Virus record (IMG/VR): IMGVR_UViG_3300005613_000004 | Length of the DNA: 64,000 nucleotides | Strand: one strand, 5' to 3' | Origin: a virus | In this document: positions 56,275-64,000 of the stretch, one piece after another | Position numbering within the stretch: the stretch's first letter is position 1 | Layout of the letters: each line of letters starts with the position of its first letter | Translations under genes and position numbers: made by a program | The notes under the pieces: generated by a model | What the model was told of the DNA's origin: nothing | Seen by the model: the letters and a program-made list of their open reading frames with translations, nothing else | The model's database searches: none

Positions 56275-56650
56275 ACTGAAAGACTGGCTCAACTCCATCA
56301 ATCAAACCAAAAAGAATCTGATTGATGAAGATCCTTCACTTGAGAAAGAATATCCTCCTTATATTATTAATCGTTGTTTCTCTGGGCACATTGATACTTT
56401 GATGTTTGCAAATGAACTTAATCAGTATCATTTTCTTTCAAAAAAAATGCAATATGATTTTTTTATAAATATTGTGAGGAAAAAGAAGAGATTCTCTCCT
56501 TGGATTCGACAAGATAAAATCAAAGATCTTGATTATGTCAAACGATATTATGGTTATAGTAATGAAAAGGCAAAACAAGCTTTGAAAATTCTAACAAGAG
56601 AACAACTTAATTTTATTAAATCAAAATTTGATACTGGAGGAAAAAGATGA
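56267..56650 (+). CDS. gp62: Clamp loader small subunit gp62
   Basis: ELKDWLNSIN, YPPYIINRC, MQYDF and YYGYSNEKAKQAL.IL. Confidence 0.93.
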   Translation: MTELKDWLNSINQTKKNLIDEDPSLEKEYPPYIINRCFSGHIDTLMFANELNQYHFLSKKMQYDFFINIVRKKKRFSPWIRQDKIKDLDYVKRYYGYSNEKAKQALKILTREQLNFIKSKFDTGGKR

Positions 56651-57087
56651 GTGTTGTTAGAGAGCCAGAAGTGAGGTGGACGCCTGAACAAATGGTTGAA
56701 GTTGTATTAAGTGAACCAGATGATTTTCTTAAGGTACGTGAGACTTTGACACGTATTGGTGTTGCATCTAGGAAAGAGAAGAAAATCTATCAGAGTTGTC
56801 ATATTCTGCACAAGCAAGGAAGATATTTCTTGGTACATTTTAAAGAACTGTTTGCACTTGACGGTAAACATGCAAACCTGACACAGAACGATGTTCAACG
56901 TCGTAATCGTATTGCTCAATTGCTTGCTGATTGGGGTCTTATTGGTATCGTTGATGTGGAAAAGATTCAGGATATTGCACCACTGAACCAGATTAAGGTG
57001 CTCGCATATAAGGATAAGCAAGATTGGATTTTAGAGACTAAGTATAATATTGGTTCTAAGAAGAAGAGAACAGAGGAAACCGAATGA
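56647..57087 (+). CDS. regA: Translational repressor RegA
   Basis: DDFLKVRETLTRIG, QSCHILHKQGRYFLVHFKELF and RRNRIAQLL.DWGL. Confidence 0.96.
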   Translation: MSVVREPEVRWTPEQMVEVVLSEPDDFLKVRETLTRIGVASRKEKKIYQSCHILHKQGRYFLVHFKELFALDGKHANLTQNDVQRRNRIAQLLADWGLIGIVDVEKIQDIAPLNQIKVLAYKDKQDWILETKYNIGSKKKRTEETE

Positions 57088-57091
57088 AACT

Positions 57092-57126
57092 GGGGGATTG
57101 ACGCCCCCTTTTTTATGCTCTATAAT
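57092..57126 (+). promoter_or_regulatory. Terminator hairpin fused with a sigma70 promoter
   Basis: GGGGG-ATTGACG-CCCCC-TTTTTT; TTGACG (57098) N17 TATAAT (57121). Confidence 0.8.
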
Positions 57127-57179
57127 ATGGGGGTGAACAGCAGTAGTCTGAACACACTGACCTCCATGCCATTAAGAGT

Positions 57180-58256
57180 ATGTACAAAAAGAAACAAGTC
57201 CCTCAAGACCGAGAGTTTCCACTAGATCTCTTGGGAGTTGAAGGAACAGATGGACCTGATTATCCTTTATATGAATTCAAGGGTTTTGGATCTCGCCCGA
57301 CTAATGAGATCAAGGCAACGACTGCAAACTATCCACGAAAAAGTGAGTTGATTCAAAGTAAGTTGGAGATGTTGATTGCATCTACTAGCAACTTTATGTG
57401 GATGATATTTGGTTGGCCGATCAGTATTTTTGTTGATGCTGCTGGAAATGAATTTCAGTTTGATCATCGACACCTTCTTCGAGCATTAATTGAAAACAAT
57501 TGGATTCATGCTCCAGTCGCATTGTATGTTCGTAAAGTGACTGGTGATGAAGTCCTTGATCAATTGTCAGATAACAGTGCCATGTCCCTCATGGGACTTC
57601 GTGCCAATGCCACAGACAATAGTGAGAATGCTGGAACTAAAGATTTCCATATTCTCCGACGATTAATGGAAGACGATGGTATTCCCATCACTAAGAAGAA
57701 CGTAGATATTCTTCTTGAAGCTGCTGGTGTAAATGCTCGATACCCAAAGGGTGGACATAAAAGTACAATTGGTGCTATTCGTAATGCTATTCTTGAGGCT
57801 AAAGAAAAATCACTTCGTGTTTTTAATACTTCTAAGGAAGAAGTAAAGGTATGGATTGCAAATCAACCAAACTTTGCAAAGAACAAAGAAGCTGCTGATG
57901 GTGTGCTTTGTTACCACAAGGTTCTTGATGAAGGATTTTATTATCGATATGCTAACGATATCCTCCGATGGACTTGGAAAGCATTTGCCACAGGATCTAA
58001 GGTTCGTGTTTGTGCTTCCAGTTATGCAATCTGCGAACATCAGATTGAATCAGAACGTGAAGAAATGGTTGATACTATCAAGGACATTCTTGATAACACT
58101 ATCAACTGGTACATTTCTTGGGTTGAAGAACGATTTTCTAATGTTGGAATGAAGATTGATCTTCCTAAAGTTGAACTTGCAAAACTACCTTTGGAGCTCT
58201 ATTGGATTCCTCAAATTGAAGGTGAGACTGAAGCAATTCGTGTTGATCTTAAGTAA
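57180..58256 (+). CDS. Orphan protein (358 aa), possibly divergent ParB/Srx-fold N-terminus
   Basis: Long ORF with its own promoter and terminator; weak ParB-like pattern NYPR...WPISI...FDHRHLLRAL. Confidence 0.7.
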   Translation: MYKKKQVPQDREFPLDLLGVEGTDGPDYPLYEFKGFGSRPTNEIKATTANYPRKSELIQSKLEMLIASTSNFMWMIFGWPISIFVDAAGNEFQFDHRHLLRALIENNWIHAPVALYVRKVTGDEVLDQLSDNSAMSLMGLRANATDNSENAGTKDFHILRRLMEDDGIPITKKNVDILLEAAGVNARYPKGGHKSTIGAIRNAILEAKEKSLRVFNTSKEEVKVWIANQPNFAKNKEAADGVLCYHKVLDEGFYYRYANDILRWTWKAFATGSKVRVCASSYAICEHQIESEREEMVDTIKDILDNTINWYISWVEERFSNVGMKIDLPKVELAKLPLELYWIPQIEGETEAIRVDLK

Positions 58257-58272
58257 AACCGAATAAAAAAGT

Positions 58273-58296
58273 GAGGGTTTCACTACCCTCTTTTTT
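58273..58296 (+). terminator. Rho-independent terminator
   Basis: GAGGGT-TTCACT-ACCCTC-TTTTTT. Confidence 0.8.
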
Positions 58297-58374
58297 ATGT
58301 CTTATGCTAATATATACTTATGGATGCCGAAAGGGTCCACACAATCAAATCTCGCTTATAAAGGAGAAGTAAAA

Positions 58375-58827
58375 ATGTCTAATCTACCTGCTTCGCAAAA
58401 TATTGCGAAATATCGTGCTGCAAATCTTCCCGATCTATTCGATAGAATCACTCGTAATAGTATTGGAATGGATGATTACTTTGATCGTTTGTTTCATCTT
58501 CACGAAACTACATCAAATTATCCTCCTTACAATCTTGTTAATATAAGTAATGTGGAGTCTCGTTTAGAACTTGCTTTAGCAGGTTTTAAAAAGAAAGAAG
58601 TTTATGTCTACACACAAGATGGTAAACTCTTTGTCGAGGGTCAGAAAGAAGATAAAGAAACGGAGACCAACTATCTGCACAAAGGTTTGGCTCAACGGTC
58701 ATTTACACGAGCGTGGACACTCTCTGACGACACGGAAGTTAGATCAGTTGATTTTGAGGATGGGCTTTTGACTATTACTCTTGGAAAGATTGTTCCTGAC
58801 CATCATAAACGTAAAGATTATCTATAA
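58375..58827 (+). CDS. hsp20: Small heat-shock protein Hsp20
   Basis: NYPPYNL, LELALAGF, YLHKGLAQRSF.R.WTL and FEDGLL. SD AAGGAG at 58361-58366 supports the 58375 start. Confidence 0.95.
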   Translation: MSNLPASQNIAKYRAANLPDLFDRITRNSIGMDDYFDRLFHLHETTSNYPPYNLVNISNVESRLELALAGFKKKEVYVYTQDGKLFVEGQKEDKETETNYLHKGLAQRSFTRAWTLSDDTEVRSVDFEDGLLTITLGKIVPDHHKRKDYL

Positions 58828-58902
58828 ATATAATTTGTATCGTCGCCGCGAGGAGCACCTGGCAAAATCCAGGTTGACTCCTCCTTTTTTTAATGTTATA
58901 AT
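58823..58902 (+). promoter_or_regulatory. Late promoter + long hairpin/terminator + early promoter
   Basis: TATAAATA at 58823; GAGGAG-CA-CCTGG-CAAAAT-CCAGG-TTGA-CTCCTC-C-T7; TTGACT (58874) N17 TATAAT (58897) with a TGn extension. Confidence 0.8.
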
Positions 58903-58924
58903 AAATTGAGAGACAATTTGAAAA

Positions 58925-59257
58925 ATGACAATTAAGATTGCATTATTGAAATCTGGAGAATCGGTAATTGCCGATATTAAAGAGCTTATTCAGGAAGAAA
59001 AAATTTGTGGATACTTATTTAAGAAACCCTATGCGGTAAATCTTTCACCCACATATGGATTTCTCACTGAAGAAATTTCTGAAGATAATGTAGAAGACAA
59101 TGTAGAAGATAATATCAATGTAAGTTTCTCTCCATGGATTCCTCTTACTCAAGATGAAGAAATTCCAGTAAGATATGATTGGTTAGTTACTGTCGTAAAT
59201 CCTATTGATGATGTTAAAACACTTTATGAGGAAATGATTGGTGGAAAAACAAATTAA
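58925..59257 (+). CDS. Conserved hypothetical protein (110 aa, Sm-like pattern)
   Basis: IALLKSGESVIADIKE...F.PWIPLT; lies before gp43. Confidence 0.75.
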   Translation: MTIKIALLKSGESVIADIKELIQEEKICGYLFKKPYAVNLSPTYGFLTEEISEDNVEDNVEDNINVSFSPWIPLTQDEEIPVRYDWLVTVVNPIDDVKTLYEEMIGGKTN

Positions 59258-59501
59258 AATTATTATACTTTCGAGTGGAAACTCATTAATTAGTGAAATA
59301 GAAGAATTTGATCCTGTACAATTAGGAGATCCTGATTGGAAACTTGTTAATCCATATCAAATTTTTGATGGTGAAATTGATAAACCATGGTTATCACAAG
59401 AAACAGATCAGAATCAATTTAAAATTATTTCTGATATGGTCTTTAGTGTTGCTGAACCTAAAAAATCTTTACTTGAAAAATATCTGGAAAAAACTAACTG
59501 A
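59238..59501 (+). CDS. Conserved hypothetical protein (87 aa)
   Basis: LISEIEE...GDPDWKLVNPY...PWL; its stop overlaps the gp43 ATG. Confidence 0.72.
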   Translation: MVEKQIKIIILSSGNSLISEIEEFDPVQLGDPDWKLVNPYQIFDGEIDKPWLSQETDQNQFKIISDMVFSVAEPKKSLLEKYLEKTN

Positions 59502-62005
59502 TGCGATTTTATACAAACGTTCAAATGGTCGGGGATCATTTTCTAGTACGTGGTTATGAAAACGGTAGACATTTTGCTACAAGAGAAAAATTTTACCCTA
59601 CTTTGTTTATCCCATCAAATAAAAAAACAAAGTATCAAACATTGGAGGGTGAATATGTTGAATCAGTTCAACCAGGATCTGTAAGAGAATGTCGTGATTT
59701 TATTGCACGATACAAAGACGTTGATAACTTTAGTGTTTATGGAAATGATCGATACATTTATCAATATATTTCTGAAAAGTATCCTGAAGAAGAAATCAAG
59801 TTTGATACTAAAAAAATTAAAATTTCAACTATTGATATTGAGGTTGCATCAGAGAATGGGTTTCCAGATGTAGAATCTGTTGCAGAAGAAATTTTATTGA
59901 TTACTGTACAAGATTATGCTACTAAGAAGATTCGCACTTGGGGTCGTGGACCTTTTAATAATAAGCAAGAGAATGTTATTTACAAGGGATTCAAAACTGA
60001 GTATGAGTTGTTAAATTCTTTTATTGATTGGTGGATGATTGAAGAGAATACTCCAGAAGTTATCACTGGATGGAATAGTGAGTGGTACGATATTCCATAT
60101 CTTGTTCGTCGTATTGATAGGATTCTTGGTGAAAAGTTGATGAAACGACTTTCTCCATGGGGTCTTGTGACTCTGCGGGAAAGCATGGATAAGTATGACA
60201 ATCGTCGTATAACTTATGATATTGGTGGAGTTACACAACTTGATTACCTAAATCTTTATAAAAAATTCACATATAAGGCACAAGAATCTTATCGATTGGA
60301 TTATATTGCTAATGTGGAACTTGGGCAAAAGAAATTAGACCACTCTGAGTTTAATACATTCAAAGATTTTTATACTAATGGGTGGCAGAAGTTTGTAGAA
60401 TACAATATCATTGACGTAGAACTTGTTGACCGTTTGGAAGACAAGATGAAGCTCATTGAACTTGCAATTACAATGGCATATGATGCTAAGGCAAACTATG
60501 CCGATGTTTCTTCTCAAGTTAGGATGTGGGATACAATTATTTACAATTATCTTAAAAAGAAGAATATTGTAATTCCTCCTATCGTTCGTTCCGATAAAGA
60601 TTCCAAATATGCAGGTGCTTATGTCAAAGAACCGATTCCGGGAAAGTATGACTGGGTTGTTAGTTTTGACCTTAATAGTCTATATCCCCATCTCATTATG
60701 CAGTACAATATTTCCCCCGAGACCTTACTTGAGGAACGCCACCCATCGGTTACCGTTGATAAGATACTTGATCAGAAGATAACATTTGAACTGTATAAAG
60801 ACAATGCGATATGTGCCAATGGTGCTATGTATCGTAAAGATGTTCGTGGGTTCTTGCCCGAACTGATGGAAAGGATTTATAAAGATCGCACCATCTACAA
60901 GAAGAAGATGCTTGCTGCAAAACAAGATTATGAAAAAACTCCAACGAAGGCACTGGAAAAGGAAATTGCACGTTGCAACAACATCCAGATGGCACGAAAA
61001 ATTCAACTCAACTCTGCATATGGTGCCATTGGTAATCAGTATTTTAGGTATTATAAACTTGCAAATGCTGAGGCAATTACTCTCTCGGGTCAAGTTTCGA
61101 TCCGTTGGATTGAGAATAAGATGAACGGATTTCTAAATAAGATTTTGCAAACAGAAGAAGTCGATTATGTTATCGCATCTGACACTGACTCAATCTATCT
61201 TAATATGGGACCTCTTGTTTCTAAATTTCTTAGTAATAAGTCTGACGATAAAACAGCAGTTGTTGCCTTACTTGATAAAATCTGTCAAGAGAAGTTGGAA
61301 CCATTCATCGAACACTCTTATCAGGAACTTGCGGACTACGTTCAGGCATATGAACAAAAAATGATTATGAAACGTGAGAATATTGCTGAACGTGGTATCT
61401 GGACTGCGAAGAAGCGTTACATTCTCAACGTATGGAACAGTGAAGGTGTTCAATACACTGAACCTAAACTGAAGATGATGGGTATTGAGGCAGTCAAATC
61501 TTCGACTCCAGCACCTTGTCGTCAGATGATTAAGGATGGTCTGAAGTTGATGATGAATGCAACCGAAGATGATGTGATTGATTTTATTGATAAGTGTCGT
61601 AAGGACTTTAAGAAACTTCCACCAGAAGAAATTGCCTTTCCTCGTTCCGTAAGTGATATTCGTAAATGGCATTCACACTCCGACATTTATAGTAAGGGAA
61701 CTCCTATTCATTGTCGGGGAGCACTTCTTTATAATTACTATATCAAACAAAACAAACTTGATAATAAGTATTCCATCATTAACAATGGTGAAAAGATTAA
61801 GTTTCTTTATCTTAAGAAACCAAATATCATTCAAGAGAATGTGATTTCATTTATTCAAGACTTTCCTACAGAACTCGGTCTTGACAAGTATATTGATTAT
61901 GAATTACAATTTGAAAAGAGTTTTGTAGAACCACTTAAATCTGTACTTGATGCGATTGGGTGGTCTATAGAAAAGAAAATTAGTTTAGAAGGATTTTTTG
62001 CATAA
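59501..62005 (+). CDS. gp43: Family B DNA polymerase gp43
   Basis: Exo motif DIEV, SFDLNSLYP, KIQLNSAYG and SDTDS; no intein-sized insertion. Confidence 0.98.
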   Translation: MRFYTNVQMVGDHFLVRGYENGRHFATREKFYPTLFIPSNKKTKYQTLEGEYVESVQPGSVRECRDFIARYKDVDNFSVYGNDRYIYQYISEKYPEEEIKFDTKKIKISTIDIEVASENGFPDVESVAEEILLITVQDYATKKIRTWGRGPFNNKQENVIYKGFKTEYELLNSFIDWWMIEENTPEVITGWNSEWYDIPYLVRRIDRILGEKLMKRLSPWGLVTLRESMDKYDNRRITYDIGGVTQLDYLNLYKKFTYKAQESYRLDYIANVELGQKKLDHSEFNTFKDFYTNGWQKFVEYNIIDVELVDRLEDKMKLIELAITMAYDAKANYADVSSQVRMWDTIIYNYLKKKNIVIPPIVRSDKDSKYAGAYVKEPIPGKYDWVVSFDLNSLYPHLIMQYNISPETLLEERHPSVTVDKILDQKITFELYKDNAICANGAMYRKDVRGFLPELMERIYKDRTIYKKKMLAAKQDYEKTPTKALEKEIARCNNIQMARKIQLNSAYGAIGNQYFRYYKLANAEAITLSGQVSIRWIENKMNGFLNKILQTEEVDYVIASDTDSIYLNMGPLVSKFLSNKSDDKTAVVALLDKICQEKLEPFIEHSYQELADYVQAYEQKMIMKRENIAERGIWTAKKRYILNVWNSEGVQYTEPKLKMMGIEAVKSSTPAPCRQMIKDGLKLMMNATEDDVIDFIDKCRKDFKKLPPEEIAFPRSVSDIRKWHSHSDIYSKGTPIHCRGALLYNYYIKQNKLDNKYSIINNGEKIKFLYLKKPNIIQENVISFIQDFPTELGLDKYIDYELQFEKSFVEPLKSVLDAIGWSIEKKISLEGFFA

Positions 62006-63024
62006 TGGATTTTTTAAAAGATATTGTAAAAGAGATTGGTGATGACTATACAAAACTCGCAGCAGATATCGATGAAACAGAAACCTTTGTGGACACCGGT
62101 TCTTATATTTTTAACGGACTTGTTTCAGGTAGTTTATTTGGTGGTGTATCTGGGAATAAGATTACTGCCATTGCTGGTGAGTCTAGTACTGGAAAAACTT
62201 TTTTTAGCCTCGCAGTGGTTAAGAATTTTTTGGACTCTAATCCTGATGGATATTGCCTGTATTTTGATACTGAGGCAGCTGTCAATAAGTCACTCTTAGA
62301 AAGTCGTGGAGTTGATCTGAATCGCACGGTTGTTGTGAATGTTGTGACTGTTGAGGAGTTCCGTAGCAAGGCACTCAAGGCAGTGGATCTTTATATGAAA
62401 AAGGCAGCAGATGAACGCAAACCCTGTATGTTTGTGTTAGACTCTTTAGGAATGCTATCCACAGAGAAGGAGATTACCGACGCACTCAACGACAAGCAAG
62501 TTCGTGATATGACAAAATCCCAACTCATTAAGGGTGCATTTAGAATGCTAACACTTAAGTTGGGGCAAGCTAACATACCCATGATTGTTACTAACCATAC
62601 ATATGATGTTATTGGTGCTTACGTTCCTACTAAAGAGATGGGTGGTGGTTCTGGTCTTAAGTATGCTGCCAGTACCATTATTCATCTTAGTAAGAAGAAA
62701 GAGAAGGATGGAACAGAAATTGTTGGAAATCTTATCAAGGCAAAGACTAATAAGTCGCGTTTAAGTAAAGAAAACAAAGAAGTCACTATTCGTTTATTTT
62801 ATGATTATCGGGGTCTTGATAGGTATTATGGACTTCTCGAATTGGGTGAAATTGGTGGACTTTGGAAAAATGTTGCAGGTCGTTATGAAATGACTGTTGA
62901 CGGTGAAATAAAAAAGGTATATGCAAAAGCAATTTTAAAAGAACCTGAAACTTATTTCACTCCTGATGTAATGGAGAAACTGGATCAAATCGCAAAGAGT
63001 GAATTCTCATATGGAACGAATTGA
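62005..63024 (+). CDS. uvsX: RecA-like recombinase UvsX
   Basis: GESSTGKT, YFDTE, VLDSLGML and MGGGSGLKYAAS. Confidence 0.95.
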   Translation: MDFLKDIVKEIGDDYTKLAADIDETETFVDTGSYIFNGLVSGSLFGGVSGNKITAIAGESSTGKTFFSLAVVKNFLDSNPDGYCLYFDTEAAVNKSLLESRGVDLNRTVVVNVVTVEEFRSKALKAVDLYMKKAADERKPCMFVLDSLGMLSTEKEITDALNDKQVRDMTKSQLIKGAFRMLTLKLGQANIPMIVTNHTYDVIGAYVPTKEMGGGSGLKYAASTIIHLSKKKEKDGTEIVGNLIKAKTNKSRLSKENKEVTIRLFYDYRGLDRYYGLLELGEIGGLWKNVAGRYEMTVDGEIKKVYAKAILKEPETYFTPDVMEKLDQIAKSEFSYGTN

Positions 63025-64000
63025 ACAAACTATTCTTAGAAACCTTGTATTTAATGAAGACTATGCACGAAAAGTTATTCCATTCATTCAACCAACATAC
63101 TTTGAGCAACGCACAGAAAAAATAATCTTTCAGGAGATTGTTCACTTCATTGTTAAGTATGGGTCTTCAATTACAATTGAAGCACTAAATATTGAAGTTG
63201 AAAATAGAACAGATCTGACCGAGAGTGAAATTAAGGAAACGAGAGAAATTTGTAATTCTCTTAATGACTCTCCAGTAGATCATCAATGGTTACTAGACTC
63301 TACTGAAAAGTGGTGTCGGGATCGTGCAATTTATCTTGCCCTGATGGAATCTATCAGTATTGCTGATGGGCAGGATGATAAACAGAATCGTGATGCAATT
63401 CCCTCTATTTTATCAGATGCTTTATCAGTGTCATTTGATAATAATATTGGACACGATTACCTCGAAAATTTTAAAGAAAGATATGAATTTTACCATACAA
63501 AGGAGGATAAAACTCCATTTGATCTCGAATACTTTAACAAAATCACGAAAGGTGGTTTGCCTAATAAAACTCTTAACATCGCGCTTGCTGGTACGGGTGT
63601 CGGCAAATCTCTATTCATGTGCCATGTGGCTAGCTCCGTCTTGCTCCAAGGACGGAACGTTCTCTATATTACAATGGAGATGGCAGAAGAGAAAATTGCT
63701 GAACGAATTGATGCCAATTTACTTAACGTCCCAATCCAAGACCTGACGGATCTTCCTAAGTCAACATTTGAAAACAAAGTGACAAAACTTGCGTCAAAAA
63801 CTAAAGGTAAATTTATAATTAAAGAGTACCCGACTGCAAGTGCTCATAGTGGACATTTTAAGGCACTTCTTAATGAACTTGCACTTAAGAAGTCATTTAA
63901 GCCTGATATTATTTTCATTGATTACCTTAATATATGTGCTTCCAGCAGATATAAGCAAGGTGGTTCTATCAATTCATATTCATATATTAAGAGTATTGCA
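63011..64000 (+). CDS. gp41: Replicative helicase gp41, 3' truncated by the window
   Basis: Hand translation MERIEQTILRNLVFNEDYARKVIPF..., with in-frame LAGTGVGKS at about 63584, ITMEMAEE and FIDYLNIC. Confidence 0.95.
   Translation, partial: MERIEQTILRNLVFNEDYARKVIPFIQPTYFEQRTEKIIFQEIVHFIVKYGSSITIEALNIEVENRTDLTESEIKETREICNSLNDSPVDHQWLLDSTEKWCRDRAIYLALMESISIADGQDDKQNRDAIPSILSDALSVSFDNNIGHDYLENFKERYEFYHTKEDKTPFDLEYFNKITKGGLPNKTLNIALAGTGVGKSLFMCHVASSVLLQGRNVLYITMEMAEEKIAERIDANLLNVPIQDLTDLPKSTFENKVTKLASKTKGKFIIKEYPTASAHSGHFKALLNELALKKSFKPDIIFIDYLNICASSRYKQGGSINSYSYIKSIA

Noticed and set aside
59501-62005. Possible intein or intron in gp43, gp17, gp46 or gp41
   Set aside because: The ORFs are continuous, of normal length, with motifs at normal spacing and no intein-type segments.

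Overview
AT-rich 64-kb segment of a T4-like myovirus, most likely a marine cyanophage (Kyanoviridae-like). The assignment rests on gene order and the accessory set (cobS-like AAA, hsp20, speD, 2OG-Fe(II) oxygenase, giant gp7, VrlC-like protein); no host-defining photosynthesis gene is in the window. All credible genes are on the + strand. 1-40.7 kb is the virion module: gp6 (partial), gp7, gp8, a 2437-aa VrlC-like protein, small structural genes, gp13-16, three genes inserted between the terminase subunits, gp17-23 and gp3. 40.7-64 kb is the recombination/replication module: uvsY, uvsW, gp55, gp47, gp46, a GIY-YIG homing endonuclease, a metallopeptidase-vWA plus MoxR AAA pair, gp45, speD, gp44, a PlcP/LpxH-like phosphoesterase, dam, a 2OG oxygenase, gp62, regA, an orphan cassette, hsp20, gp43, uvsX and gp41 (partial). 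No tRNA, rRNA, CRISPR array, intron or intein was seen. Best leads: (i) a 554-aa chain of small basic modules separated by putative prohead-protease sites, next to a gene with a T4-type capsid-targeting sequence, possibly a packaged internal polyprotein; (ii) a PlcP-like phospholipase candidate inside the clamp-loader operon; (iii) a hairpin/late-promoter switch over the homing endonuclease start codon; (iv) direct-repeat-flanked cassettes and fused terminator-promoter elements. All family assignments are by motif recognition from memory; no searches were run.
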